64,000 bases of DNA from NCBI RefSeq assembly GCF_001194135.2, contig NC_068984.1:106830204-106894203 (forward strand). The letters are read 5' to 3'. Made by a program: the position numbers and the translations under genes. Source of the stretch: Octopus bimaculoides. Its lineage: Eukaryota. Below, piece after piece: positions 41,386-55,675 of this stretch; positions within the stretch are counted from its first letter, which is position 1, and each line of letters starts with the position of its first letter. The notes below the pieces were generated by a model that saw only the letters and a program-made list of their open reading frames with translations, was not told the origin of the DNA and ran no database searches.

Positions 41386-41699
41386 CACCAACGGCAACAA
41401 TAATAATTCTTTCATCCTTTTATTCTTTTGTTTGAGTCAGTTGACTGCAGCCATGCTGGAGCACCGCCTTGAAGGCGTTTAGTCGAACAAATTGTTTCTA
41501 GGACTTATTTTTGAAGTCTAGAACTTATTCTGTCAACCATTTTTTCCGAACCGCTAAGTTACGGGGACATAAACACACCAATACCGGTTGTCAAGCACTG
41601 ATGGTGGGGGGGACAAACATAGACGCAAAGGCTTGCACGCATACGATAATATTTTCTACTATATGCCTGGAATTTGGAAGGACGTGGTCAGTCGATTAC

Positions 41700-42050
41700 A
41701 TCGTTCTCAGAGCTCGACTTCTTCATTCTGTGACTTTTGAGTTTCATAAACTTCTCAATCTGGCATGTCACGACTTTTCCAGATCTTGTTGGATTCTCTT
41801 TCCATCATCATCTCTGGTTATTTTCCTAAGTAATGAAGATAACCTCTCTTTGATTTCGTTATTTAGTTGATGTTTTTTTTTCCAACGGTTATAATGGATC
41901 CTCTCACGGACGAGGGTATGTCCTGCACTTTCCGCTACTCTTCTAGCTTTATATGAATCGACTGGTTTCATTATATTCAAGCCAGGTGGTATTAGCTAGT
42001 TTTTGATGGTTTTCTGTATATGTCTCCATTGAAGTCTAATGTTGGCTCCG
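41700..42050 (-). mobile_element. Possible PLE RT thumb fragment
   Basis: FNGDIYRKPSKT and SYKARRVAES resemble PLE VYRKPT / L..RA.RIC motifs; lies beside a pLTR-like segment. Confidence 0.4.
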
Positions 42051-42061
42051 TACCGATTAGA

Positions 42062-42350
42062 TAATACAGTTCTATATTTAAGAGATGAGGAATTATGTAC
42101 ATTATTTACATTATTTACATTCGATGGTATTTGTCCTCATCTTGTTTGTTCTTAACATAACGTTTCGGTTGATATACCCTCCAGCCTTCTTCAGGTGTCT
42201 TGGGGAAATTTTGAACCTGGGTTCTCATTCCTAACGTGTTTTTCGATGTTATTATTATTGTTATTATTATCATAATTATATCAGCCGAAACGTTGTGTTA
42301 ACAACAAACAAGATGACAAATCTCTGTCGAATGTAAATAATGTAAATAAT
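42062..42350. mobile_element. PLE pseudo-LTR-like segment with an inverted partial copy
   Basis: Arms 42099-42176 and 42277-42350 are inverted copies; contains a hammerhead-like motif. Confidence 0.7.
42155..42198 (-). ncRNA. Minimal type I hammerhead-like motif
   Basis: acac-CTGAAGA-a-ggctg-gagggtatat-caacc-GAAAC-GTT-atgt. The inverted partial copy shows the repaired forms cagcc and gtgt. Confidence 0.6.
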
Positions 42351-42401
42351 TTACAGAAATAAAGTATTTATTACTTTTATTTTTTAAGATCAGTTGTAAT
42401 A

Positions 42402-44393
42402 ATGTCTGAACCAACTGCTAAAAAGGCAAAACTGAGGGACTACAAGGAAGATTGTATCATGCTTGGTTTTGTATCTGTAGACTCAAAACCTGTGTCTTGA
42501 ATGTGATGCCCTCATGACAAATCATTCCATAAAGAAAGTTATGCTGGAACAGCACCAGAAATTAAGGCATCTATCATCTGTTGGTAATGGTAGGGAATAT
42601 TTTAAGAATAAAAAGAAAATACAGCCAATCAAACTACTCGACTTTATAAACAAGATAAATACTGAAAAGGCAAAGACACTGAAACCAAGTGATTTGGTCT
42701 TTGAAATTATTGTCAAGGTTGCAGCACCTCAGATTTATGGTGAGAAACTTGTCAAGCCTTCTATGATAGCTTGTGCAGATGAGGTTCTGGGTAAAAATGC
42801 TGCATCTATTCTGAGTACAATTCCACTTTCAAATAACACAATTACATGAAGACAGGATGAAATATCTAATTTTGTTGAGGAGAAGATTGTGGAAATTCTC
42901 TAAAAGACAAATTTGTCTATCCAGGTTGATGATAGCACAATTCATAACCAAGTTATCCTTCTGGTCTATGTCAGATTCATCCACGAAGGAGATGATATGA
43001 GGGAGGAAATGTCATTCATTAAAATTTTGTCTGAAACTACTTTTGTAGAAGATATATTCAATAAAATAATGCAGTATTTTAATGATAATAATATTCCATT
43101 GACTAATTTAATCAAAATTGCATCAGATGGAGCTGCAGCCATGACTGGAAAAGTGAAAGGCTTTGTTTCTAGAATGAAATCAGTTGCTCTTAACATTTTT
43201 TTAATATACATTGCATTATCCACGGACAGCATTTGGTTGCTAAGAATATTGGAAGACACATGGAAGAAGCACTCAACACTGCCATACATGCAATTAACTT
43301 TGTCAAATCAAACTCAGTGTATAATAGATTTTTTTATGCAATTCTGTGAAGATGAAGATTTTAAGACCCTATTGCTTCACACAAAAGTAAGACGGTTGTC
43401 AAAAGGTTTGAACCTTGAAAGACTAGTGAATTTCTGGGAACCATTAATCAACTTTCTCATGTTCAAGAGTCAGATGACTCGCTACAACTCCAAGAAGCAA
43501 ACTGATACAGCTAAGAAGATTTTGTAAAGACTTTCTGAGTTTAAATCAAAAATATTCTACTTGAGTGATATTTTTAAAACAGTGAATCTGCTTAACTTAG
43601 AGCTGTCCTCAGAAGATAAAAGGGTATATGGGGAAATTAAAACTTTGGAAAAAAACAGTTTGAAAAAAATTTGGCATCATTTCAGAATTTTAACACCACT
43701 GTTCTTATATCAGAATTCATCGCTGCATGCGCTGCCCATCTTGAAGGCCTTCAAGTAGACTTTAAAAAAAGATACAAGGATTTATTTAAGATGGATTATC
43801 CACTCTGGTTTGTAGACCTAGAAAATTATGAGCCAGGAGATGAAAATTTTGAGTTGGCTGAAATGTTGTTGGAATTGAAAGAGAATATGAAACTGAGAAG
43901 ATGAGTTGAAAAAGGTGTCTTTGCTTACATATCGATAAAGGAATCAAACCCAAATATTTTTCGACATGTAGAAGCAAGCATCATTTCTTTTCCTACCACA
44001 TGTAGATATTTTAAGTAGAAAAAGAAATAAATTAGATGTCAACAGCAGATGAACAATCAGACTAAGACTAGAATAGTTCCTTTAAAATTGATTATGATAT
44101 CTTGTGGCAGAAACACCAATATCAAGCTAGTCACTAGCCGAATGGACTAAAAATGAACGACTTTATGAAAAATGATTTTGATATCTTGTGTTTATCTTTG
44201 TTTACTAAAATAAATTTTAGATTTTATCTTTTGTTTGCTAAAATAACTTTTAAAGTGTAAATAGACTATTTTGTCTTTTCATTAAATATTTTAGTGTGAA
44301 AGTAGAACAGCATTAAGTAAAAGTGGAAGTGGTCCCTAAAAATTTTTATCAAGTAAAAAATGGTCCCTGGGCTGAAAAAGGTTGGGAACAGTG
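42402..44393 (+). mobile_element. hAT (Charlie/SCAND3-ZBED-like) DNA transposon, decayed transposase with 3' TIR
   Basis: MSEPTAKKAKLRDYKED..GF..C..C..MTNHS (BED-like), IPLSNNTIT, SIQVDDSTIHNQVILLVYVRF, ASDGAAAMTGKVKGF, LLLHTKVRRLSKG; ends AAAAGGTTGGGAACAGTG (44376-44393). No 5' TIR found. Confidence 0.9.
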
Positions 44394-44698
44394 ATCTATA
44401 CTATATGCACATTTTTTTCCACTCAGAAGAGATAGTGTTATGTACATGCGTGCGCGTATACATGCAAAAAACAAACTNNNNNNNNNNNNNNNNNNNNNNN
44501 NNNNNNNNNNNNNNNNNNNNNNNNNNNNNNNNNNNNNNNNNNNNNNNNNNNNNNNNNNNNNNNNNNNNNNNNNNNNNNNNNNNNNNNNNNNNNNNNNNNN
44601 NNNNNNNNNNNNNNNNNNNNNNNNNNNNNNNNNNNNNNNNNNNNNNNNNNNNNNNNNNNNNNNNNNNNNNNNNNNNNNNNNNNNNNNNNNNNNNNNNN

Positions 44699-44779
44699 AG
44701 AAGAAGAAGAAGAAGAAGAAGAAGAAGAAGAAGAAGAAGAAGAAGAAGAAGAAGAAGAAGAAGAAGAAGAAGAAGAAGA
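44699..44779. repeat. (GAA)n microsatellite
   Basis: Directly visible, adjacent to an N-gap. Confidence 0.95.
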
Positions 44780-47700
44780 ACGCAGGGAGGAGGATAGGTA
44801 GGAGGGTAGGAGGAGGGGGATAGAAAGCTGAAACAATGAGATATATCAGGTAAGATCAGTATGAAGTTAGGCTTTAATTAAATTAGTTTTTCAGACAGAG
44901 TCTGAATCCAAAATTCTCAAATGTAGAAAATTAAGATTACATTGCTTGATAATAAATAATATATTATTGTATATAATATAATGGAAGCGTACACAACTGT
45001 TTGTATCTATCTTGAATCAAAATTGAAACACTTTCTCGATGGAAAATTGCCAAATATTGGTTCAATGAAACGAGTAACTGTGTGGTTTTGTTTCAAAATC
45101 GCTCATGATGTAACATGGAAAGTAATTTGACTGAATTGGCGTTGTCGTCGTCATCGCCGTCATCGTCATTGCTATGATCAAAAGCATTCCAGAAGTTACT
45201 TTCCCACATTTACCCGATTAGAATGGAATAAAATAATACAATATAAAATAAGTCATTTTATTAAGATGGCTGTGGTGGTGGTGATGGAGGGTGATATGAA
45301 TTGGAGTTGGTTGCAATTTGTAGCAAGCCGTGAGAAGAAGAAGAAGAAGAAGAACAACAACAACAACAACAACAAGATTCTCACGTTGATTGCACTTTCA
45401 TTTTGGTGGGGATGAATGTGGACAGCACTCAGCTAACAGTGACCGTACATAACCATGAAAATGGCCATCAAATTCAGTCTTAAATTTGACTTTGTCTTTC
45501 ATTCTTCTGCGACTAGGTCAATCACATCATAATGACCCCGCATTGTATTTTGAATTAACTAAAGCTGCAAGAAGTCATGGTTTCGAAATATACATCAATG
45601 TGCTAATTTCTTTTTTTAATTAGAGCACTAATTTCCAAACAGTGCAAACTGATTTAAAACAAAATGTGTAAGTCTTTAGATGTTCCACGGTAATGGTTGA
45701 ATAATATTCTTAAGGGCGACATTTACTCAGCTGCAGTCTCTTCAAAGCTTTGTCACTAACTCATTTCATAACCAAATTGTTAATTTCTCAACCAAACTCA
45801 TTTCTCAACCAAACTCTTAATAGTTCTATAATAGTCGCCCCGCAAGCTACATTTTGGTATAAAAATATTGAAATTTGGTTCAGTGTAAAAAGTCACGTTA
45901 AAGTATGTGAGGCCCAAATGGGAGAGTAAGGCGAAAAATCGACATTGAATCAAAGTAACTTTCTAATTTTAAAAGCAAATTATATTTTATTTTAATCTTC
46001 AATGATAGATCAAAACGAGAGAAATCTAAAAATGTCAATTTTATCAAATGAATCTTTAATATAATGAATTTCTGATGCCAAAAGTACCGAAAAAAGTAAG
46101 TAACGCCTCCAATCCATTTTGACATCAAAATCTTCCTTGATTTAAAAACAATCTATATTTTATTTATGCTCAGAAAATAAATCAAAATGAGAGGAATCTA
46201 AAACTGCTAATTTTATGCAATAAAATTCTGTAGAAAAAAGCTAAGAGGTAAAAAGTGACAAAAAAATGTATGTGATGCTTAATCGAATGATTATTTTGAA
46301 TAAAATATACACATTTGTCTCCCTTGCATCAAAGTAAGATTTCTTCTCTCTTTCTCCTTTTCTCCGCTGCTATAAGAGTAAAGCCTATTTGGAAACACTT
46401 CATATGCTAGAAATAACAGCATATCCTGAATTATTATTGAAAGATCTAAATCAGTAAGTAAAATTATGAATTATTAATTGTCACTATTTTTTAGTTTTTA
46501 ATTGCATTGCCTGGAAAAAAAGTGGGTTACAATGAAAAATGCGGACAGGTGGAAATTAATATTCTTAAGTTATTAAACCTGGAAAATTATAGGACAAGTT
46601 AACACCTGGAAAAGTACTGGACAAACATATTTATACTTAAAATATTGCATCTATATTTAAAATTTAAAACATATATTGATATATAAAAACTAAAAACAAT
46701 AGCTTTTATTAGCTGCTCTATAATTAAAAAATTAACTCAAATTTTAGGCTAACTCCTAGCAAAAGATAATTAAAATTCAATAACCCCATTGAAATGTTTT
46801 CAGTAAGGGCTATGTAGTCGCTTATCAAGAAGAATTTTTTATATGGTATGCTACCCCACCAAGTAAAAAATTTAATTTGGAAGAGTACCCCACTCTTCCG
46901 AAAATATCACTCCTCTAAGCCTGAACCCTACCATAATGGTAACAACTGAACTTTCCTTTTTTGAAATTTCCAGAAGACCAGCTTTGTGGTGTCTTTATCA
47001 ATGAATTATAGAGTGCCAATTTTTATGAAAACGATGAACAAAAAATGAATTTTTGTTGAATACTACTTAAGAGCTTTTAGTAGTTCCTAAAAATTTCTAA
47101 TTGAAAAAACATTCTTAATGGGGCTATTGAAAATCTCAAATGTTGATCTCAAATGATGACATGCATATCTATACTTAACTCCTGGAAGATTCGAACGGAA
47201 ATATGTTAATCGCTGTTTTGTACGCCACACTAGAATAATTTAACCTTTTTATGACAACACACACGACTCATTGGTACAAAAATTTTGGAACAACAGTATT
47301 TGAACATATTTCTTATCAGGACTTTTGTCCCTTAAACAAGAGCCGGTGGCTTTGCTCATAATTTCAAGGAACAAAATGTTATCTAATCGCAGCTGATATT
47401 TGATATCTGTGCTGATAACTGATATCTTTGCTTGTATCTGATATCAGTGCTGATATTTCATATTTGTGCAGATATCTGCTAACTGATTATAAATCGCTAT
47501 TCTTAATGCAAATAATGATTTATTATCGGTTGTCAGATACCAACTCTAATCAGCGAACAATTGTTCACTGAAATTACAAACGAGACCTTCTGCTCTTCAT
47601 CATTTCAAAATTTGGGTGCTTCTGGCTGACAAGACACAACATTCGACACACTATTTTCGGGATCTCGTTCCGGAATCTTGTGCACCAAAGAGTCGAGTAT

Positions 47701-47849
47701 GTTATGAACGATTTATCGTCATGAAAATGAGAAGTTTGTTACGTACACAATAGCGATTAGCATGTTTGTGTTCGAATGCGACTGAACTTATCCAGAATAG
47801 ATATGGAAGAGAAGTCTTCGCTTCATACGCACATATTCACACACACACA

Positions 47850-47889
<40 letters not shown>

Positions 47890-49192
47890 CACACACGCAC
47901 ACATAGACACACACAAACGCACACACATTTATATACATATATATAGTCAAGTCGAGAAAAGATTATATTTAACCAATGGTTGAATTAATTTTATCATACT
48001 ATATTCTTCCTGCTATTTATAACTTCGTATAATCTTTAAGAGTGTATAACGTTATACAGTCTTTCTCTTACATGATACTATATATTCTGTATGTCTTGTA
48101 GACATTAGAAACTTTTTTTATGATTAAGGATCACGGTGTAGGAAGATAGTAAGCTTCGAGTAGTCCGTAGAAGGTATAAAAACAACTTTTATGAACAATA
48201 GGAGTTTATTGACGTAGAATATTGTACGTTTTACCTGCATCGAAGTTCGATAAGCTGAATAAATTGCTTTATAGGTTACGGTTAGCAGCAGGAGTTGCTG
48301 TGTATGTATGTTTGTGTGTTTAAGATATATATATATATATATATATATGAGGTTTATCATGTGTGTCTGTAAGAAGAAAGAAAATAATTTGTGAGAAAGC
48401 AGAATATTACCAGTAGTACTTATGATGGTAGATAAAACATGAACACACAAATACATATTTAAAGATATGCAAACATATGCGAACACAAATTCACATGCAC
48501 GTATCTACATATATAAAAGATACTAATTTTTAAAAAAGAACCACGCAGCATAAGCAAAGAGAAGCCGAACAGAATTTTATACGTAAATGAATATGATTAC
48601 ATAACATATTTTGGCAAGTAAAATATACTTCAAACATGCTTCAATTATGTGAGTTCATTGGAATAACATAGAAATATTATTAAGTAAGGGTATAAGATTT
48701 TATTTTGTTTGGGAACATAGAATGGTTTCGAGAATAAATATCTCAGAAATACCCTTTGTATAAAGCGCTAAAATGTGAAATTGTCGTACATATGATGAAA
48801 GTAACTTTTATCAAATCTATAGTTTTAACTTTGTCGGATGAATTCTTTCAGATGTAATGTTTGAAATACAAACTTGTTATTGAAGTGTGTACTTCATTTA
48901 AGAAGTGCATACTTACATATATCAAGTAGTACTTCGTATTTCAAAAAGAATATTTCAGAATGTTTGACAATACTAGTATATATGTCAATATTTAACAGAC
49001 AATCATACTACAATTCCTCATGCTTCCTATGTTCTGCCTGTATGTTGTCGTAACTATCTTTTATGTCACTTATTTTAACTTTGATATCATTCACTGGCAT
49101 TTGCGACGTTGATCAACAAATTTTCATACAAAGAAATGAAGGACTAATAGTTTTATAATATTGACTAAATTATTGAAGATACTTCAGAGCTG

Positions 49193-49243
<51 letters not shown>

Positions 49244-49416
49244 NNNNNNNNNNTGTATGTGTGTGTGTGTGCGTGTGTGTGTGCGTGCGTGCGTGTGTGT
49301 GTGTGTGTCTGCATGTAAATACATATGTATGTATGTATATATATACACACATATATACATCCATGTATGTGTATATATACACACACATACACACACACAA
49401 ATACACGCGCACAAAT

Positions 49417-49447
<31 letters not shown>

Positions 49448-49469
49448 CATACAGAAACAATTTAAAAAG

Positions 49470-50520
49470 ATACCTGTTTGCTTTATTTTATGGCAGGAAA
49501 CATTGGATAAGTTAATTGAATTCAAAAACACGTTAAACAACCTCAGCAATAACATCCAATTCACAATGAAATTTAACCCCTTTAACCCCAAAGAACTTGC
49601 CTTTCTGGATATCCTAATCAAAAACCAAGATGGGAAAATAGAAACGGACATTTTCAACAAAGCCACCGACTCCAAACAGTTCCTTCTTTTCACATCATGT
49701 CACCCGAAACACATCAAACTCAACATTTCATTCAACCTGGCAAAACGAATTTGTACCGTAGTATAAAAATCATCCAAACGTGAATAAAGACTAGAGGAAC
49801 TGAAGGACACTCATCCAAAGAGCCGTCCCTCCTGGCATAATCACCAACGGAATAAACAAGGCGAAACAAATGGATGTCAATGAACTTAGGAGAAAAAAAC
49901 AAAAAAGGGGAAAATGTTTTACCATTCGTGTCAACTTTCGATCCCAGGATCACCAAAATATATGATCACGTCCACAAAAACTTCCCCATCTTATTTGCAG
50001 ATGAAAAAATGAGAAAACTCTTAGAAAGACAACAAATCATCAATAGCAAAAGGCAGCCTAAAACACACTTACTGGAGCTAAAATGCACAAAGAAACCCCC
50101 AACACAACGGTCAAAATATGCGCGAGAACAAACTGCGGCACTTGCCGTTACCTAATTCAGGGACCAGAATGTAAATTCAAAGATGGCCAAACCTTCAAAT
50201 TTAGGCCCAATCTCATCTGCAACAGGGATAACCTAATCTGCATAATCACATGCAATGGGTGCCAACATAATTACATAAGTCAGACAGACGGATCGTTACG
50301 CAACAGATTGACGACCCATCGTCAACAGATCCGAGACAAAAGCACAAGGAAAATTCCTTTAAGCAGTCACATTGCAACCTGTGCAAGAATGGTTTTACCA
50401 AATTTTAAAATATTTCCTGTCTTCAAGTGCTAAGATTCCTTCAAACAACAACAAATATTAAATAAAGAGAGGCAATTTATTAACATTATAAGCTAGAATT
50501 AAGTATAGATCCAACCACAA
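49470..50520 (+). mobile_element. Penelope-like element 3' half (Neptune-like: Cys-rich linker + GIY-YIG)
   Basis: IQFTMKF..ELAFLDILI..IETDIFNKATDSKQFLLFTSCHPKH; LPFVSTFDPR; CARTNCGTCRY; NLICIITCNGCQHNYISQTDGSLRNRLTTHRQQIR. Confidence 0.92.
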
Positions 50521-50649
50521 CTAAAATAAGAACAGACACTTAAAAACAATTTTATATATGTTATTACCATTTTGAAAAATACTTCCCACCATTTCCTAAA
50601 TCTTTATTCCAATAATTATAAATGCCAGCACAACACACACAAACACACA

Positions 50650-50692
<43 letters not shown>

Positions 50693-51493
50693 ACATACAA
50701 AAGAAACCATCACAAAACACACACACATATAACTCTGTACACACATATAAAGACACACATACTCATAAACACAAAAGAAAACATCCCCCCCAAAACACAC
50801 TCACACACATGCACAAAGACACTGACACATACACTCACACACTCACACGAACACACACATACACACGGCTGGTGACCACACACATTCACACAGGTAGAGA
50901 CACTCAAGAGAATACATCTAATCCAAACGAAAATCGAAATTCATTCTTCAACAAGACATTCATCTCAACATACACACCCATCAACTCACAGCTGGTTACT
51001 TTCCAACATACTGAAAGAACATTCAACACAATATACATACACACACTCACACACACACAGGTGGGCATAAAACCAATTCAATAAATGCTTTTTAGCTACT
51101 CCCTTGGCAGGAACACACAATGATTTCTTCTAGACAATAGACATCCTTTCTCTCACTTTCTAACACTGAACTCTATACCAAACTATATTTAAAGAAGAAT
51201 TCAACGAAAAAAAAAAAACCCCCAAAAAAACAGACGACATGTTCTTGATCGCCAGACAGAAGATAAACTGTTTTTATTTCAAATGTTTATAAATCTTTAC
51301 TGATATTTGATAAAACGAAATTCATCGGAACCAGTAACATTTTCTTTATATAATTCTGTAAATCATTTTTATTAAATTCCCTCTAAAATTGAAATGGCTT
51401 AGACTTACTTCTCTGCTATTTCCAACCCCATTATATATATATATATATAATTATATATATATACACGCGTGCGCGCGCACACACAGGCACAGA

Positions 51494-51533
<40 letters not shown>

Positions 51534-52978
51534 CACACACACATATATAGGCGCAGGCATGGTTGTTTGGTGGGAAACTTGCTTCCCAATCACATGGTTC
51601 CGGCTTCAGGGATCTAGTATTTTCATTTGCAAAATATGCATTTTTCAAGAGGCAGTACAAAATCTGAAAATCGGCTATAATAATGTAGTCTTCCAGTATC
51701 GTTGCTTCGAAGGTATGATGTTGTGGAGAAAAAAATCGGAAGAAAAGGTTGCAGAGGTTTAAAAATCGGAAAAAAACTCTCTATTTTTAGCCAATAGCGA
51801 GACAGAAATTTTCTGCGTTTAGCAGAGCGAAGTCAACTTTAAGTTTGTACCCTGTGAAATTTATAGTTTAGCTCCTGCGACATGAGCTGTTCATTGTAGG
51901 TTTTTAAATAAACAGAAATACCTAATAAAATCGACATGTATCATATTACTGTTTCTTTTGTCGCTTCATTGATTGTATGTTTATATTATTTTTTTAGATT
52001 TGTTATATTAATATATTTGCGTATTTCAGTAGTATGTATACCTGTCATGTATGTGTACATCATTAATATATGTGTATGTGGATATATATATTCATATATA
52101 AGTTTATATGTACATTTACGCATTCATGTGTGTGTGCCTGTGTGTGTATGTGTGAGTGTGTGTGTGCGTGTGTGTGAGTGTGCGTGCGTGCGTGCGTCTG
52201 TCTCCAAAACTCCAAAGTTGAGTAACGTTTTCATGCTTCGATTTGTAAACCACATATGAAATTAACAATATGTAAAAATACTAACATGGAAAAATAGTAA
52301 CACACAGAAGCACAGAAAAATAGTAACACACAGAAAGATTAACACAAAATACGCGAGTGAAAAGAATCTCGTGGTGTGTGGAATCAAATGTGAAAAATCA
52401 GCATAGAACAACATGCGGCACAGCACAGCATGAACCACAACACAAGGTGTGGTTGTCATGGTAGCAAGCTGCTAATGCCACACTCAGATTCTTTAATTTA
52501 CGAGAAGTAATTAGTTGATCGTAATCAAAATTCAGAGTTGCATCGATACACCAAAATTGAAAGCAATCTGACCAAAATTACATTTTGCGAATGAGAAAGA
52601 CTACATCCGGGTTCAGTACCAGACTAGTGTCTTCTACTATAGCCTGAGGCTGATCAAAGCCTTGTGAGTGGATTTGGTAGACGGAAACTGAAAGAAGCTC
52701 GTCATATGTATATATATATATATATATATATNNNNNNNNNNNNNNNNNNNNNNNNNNNNNNNNNNNNNNNNNNNNNNNNNNNNNNNNNNNNNNNNNNNNN
52801 NNNNNNNNNNNNNNNNNNNNNNNNNNNNNNNNNNNNNNNNNNNNNNNNNNNNNNNNNNNNNNNNNNNNNNNNNNNNNNNNNNNNNNNNNNNNNNNNNNNN
52901 NNNNNNNNNNNNNNNNNNNNNNNNNNNNNNNNNNNNNNNNNNNNNNNNNNNNNNNNNNNNNNNNNNNNNNNNNNNNNN

Positions 52979-53020
<42 letters not shown>

Positions 53021-53329
53021 TGTATATGTGTGTTTACGTGTATGTGTTTGTGCATGTGTGTGTATGTGTATATATATATGTATGTGTGTTTATGTGTATA
53101 TGTTTGTGTCTGTTTGTACCCTTCCATCATTTGACAACCGATGTTGGTCTGTTTACGTCCCCGTAACTGAACGGTTCGGGAAAAAATCGGTAAAATAAGT
53201 ACCACGCTTATATAAGTACCTGGGGCGATTTCTTCGACCAAAAGGCTGTGCTCCAGCATGACCGCAATCAAATGACTGAAACAAGTAAATGAATAAAAGA
53301 TATGTGTATTATTATTACAAATTGGGATT

Positions 53330-54400
53330 TACCAATAGGACCACAGTTTCAATTTCAGGACAACCTTATTTTCTGGAGTACACATAGAAAGGTATATCCA
53401 AAATACTAATCTAATAATATAATCATTTTAAAGCCTACTATATCGTCCAATAAAATAAATTACATTAGAATTAATTAAAAATTATATAAACACATTAAAA
53501 ATATATATATACCTTACCTCTTATTAGTCTGTGGGGAAAGAAGATAATGTTAATCAATGCTAGACGTGTTTCTGCGCTGGTGGCTTGTTTTATCAGGCTA
53601 TACCAGTGCGTCCTCAGGCTATTTTTTTTTCTATATTATTATTATTAACGGATCCTACTTAATCATACAAATTCTAAGGTATCTTCAATAAAAAATAAGA
53701 ATAAAAATAAGAATATCTATATATATGACTTCCTAATATATTTTTATAAACTTTAAAAGATTTTAAAAAACCCCAAAATTATAAAATTTTTAAAATTTAC
53801 GAAAATTTAATAAAATTAAACACCTAAATATATAATAACGATATATATATNNNNNNNNNNNNNNNNNNNNNNNNNNNNNNNNNNNNNNNNNNNNNNNNNN
53901 NNNNNNNNNNNNNNNNNNNNNNNNNNNNNNNNNNNNNNNNNNNNNNNNNNNNNNNNNNNNNNNNNNNNNNNNNNNNNNNNNNNNNNNNNNNNNNNNNNNN
54001 NNNNNNNNNNNNNGAGAGAGAGAGAGAGTGTGTGTGTGTTAAACATAAAGAAACCCTCATCGACTATTTTATAACCACGTCAAATTAAACCAAACCGCCT
54101 ATCAATATAAGCTTTACAGGAATTAATAATTTATTGTGAAATTAACCCCTATCAATACTAGTATAATATTACCATTATTATGTCAAACATAAGTTAATAA
54201 TATTTAAAAAGTAAAAAACCTCTATATATTTTATAAATTTATTGAATAAAACTAGTAAATGAAATTATTTACCACAATTAATAAACGAAGAATACTTATC
54301 TGCATGGTTACTCCTTCTTTAACCTGTGTAATTAGCTGCACCTTCTGTCCTGCGCTAAGTATTATGGGAATAAAAACACTACTCTAGAAAAATTCTTTAA
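53330..54400 (-). mobile_element. AT-rich PLE tail/pLTR-like segment (gap-interrupted)
   Basis: Composition like the 2530-3900 tail and it carries a related hammerhead-like motif; no ORF. Confidence 0.4.
53557..53622 (-). ncRNA. Decayed type I hammerhead-like motif
   Basis: tagc-CTGAGGA-c-gcactggt-(20 nt loop)-accagcgc-a-GAA-ACACGTCT-A-gcat. Stem II 7/8 bp; stem III one change from ACACGTGT; weak stem I. Confidence 0.5.
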
Positions 54401-55536
54401 GACTAATATTATTTGAGTGGTTGAATGTATGTATGTATGTATGTATGTATGTATGTATGTATGTATGTATGTGTGTGTATATTATCTTTTACTTGTTTCA
54501 GTCACCGGACGCCAGAGATGCTGGAGCTCCGCTTTAAAGGTTTTAGTTGAATGAATCGCCTCTAGGACTTATGTTAAAAATTTATGTTTGGTTGAGTCGC
54601 TAATATACGGTTGGTGGCCACACTAACATACAGAAACTCATTCACAAGGCATTGATCTCCGCGGGGCCACAGTAGAAGACACTTCTCTACTTATCTATCT
54701 ATTTATGTGTATGTGTGTATGTGTTTGTGTGTGTGTGCGCGTGTGTAAGTATGCCTCTGTGCGTACGTGTGCGCGTGCGTGTATATGCTTATGTGTGTTT
54801 GTGTGTGTATGTATAGATAGATATGTCTGTATGTACATGTATATATGTATATTGCCATTTAATAGGATATACTGTAAACCTCACTTTACATGATGTCACT
54901 TGACACACTGCCACATGAAGGTCACCGCTACCCCTAAGTCCGCAAGCAGGCGTGTGCTGCGATATGTTATCGCGTTGCAGAAATTATCCGGGAACATTTT
55001 GATACGACCTTGTATATTCTAGGATCTAGTTTTCAAGTAAAACTCAATTAAATAGTATCACGTAGTTGCTAATAAATGATAAAATAGTTCGTCTTATATT
55101 AATAAAAAAGGTTGTCAAATTTATTAATGGCAGTATAATTTTTCAGCAAACTGCAATTGTTAGTGAGTAAAAACTTAATGATAAAGTCTATTTAGGTTAC
55201 TCTGGCAAAATGCAATCATGTCTTCATTAAAATGCTATAACCCCGCAAAAGTAGAGGTAAAACTGAATGCTTTTAAATTAAACGTCGTTTATCTAAATTA
55301 TTGTTTGTTAATGAAGTGTTTGAATGGTTACTGACCCAAGCTGAATGATTGTTTTAAGATATTAGTTACGAGGTTATTTTATGTATTAGATTTTAAAATT
55401 AATTAAAAAGTTCGAGTTGAAATTCCTCTGATCTAAGAACACTTCGCTTTGCAGCTAACTGTTCTGAGATCAGAAGCCATTCTACTCTTCCTTCGTGCTA
55501 TTATCAATTTCTAGTGCATGTATGTTTGTTTATTTA

Positions 55537-55599
<63 letters not shown>

Positions 55600-55675
55600 T
55601 AAGAAGTTCGCTTCCCAACTACATGGCTCCGGTGCAGTATCACTGCATGGCACTTTGGATAAGTGATGGTTCGCC

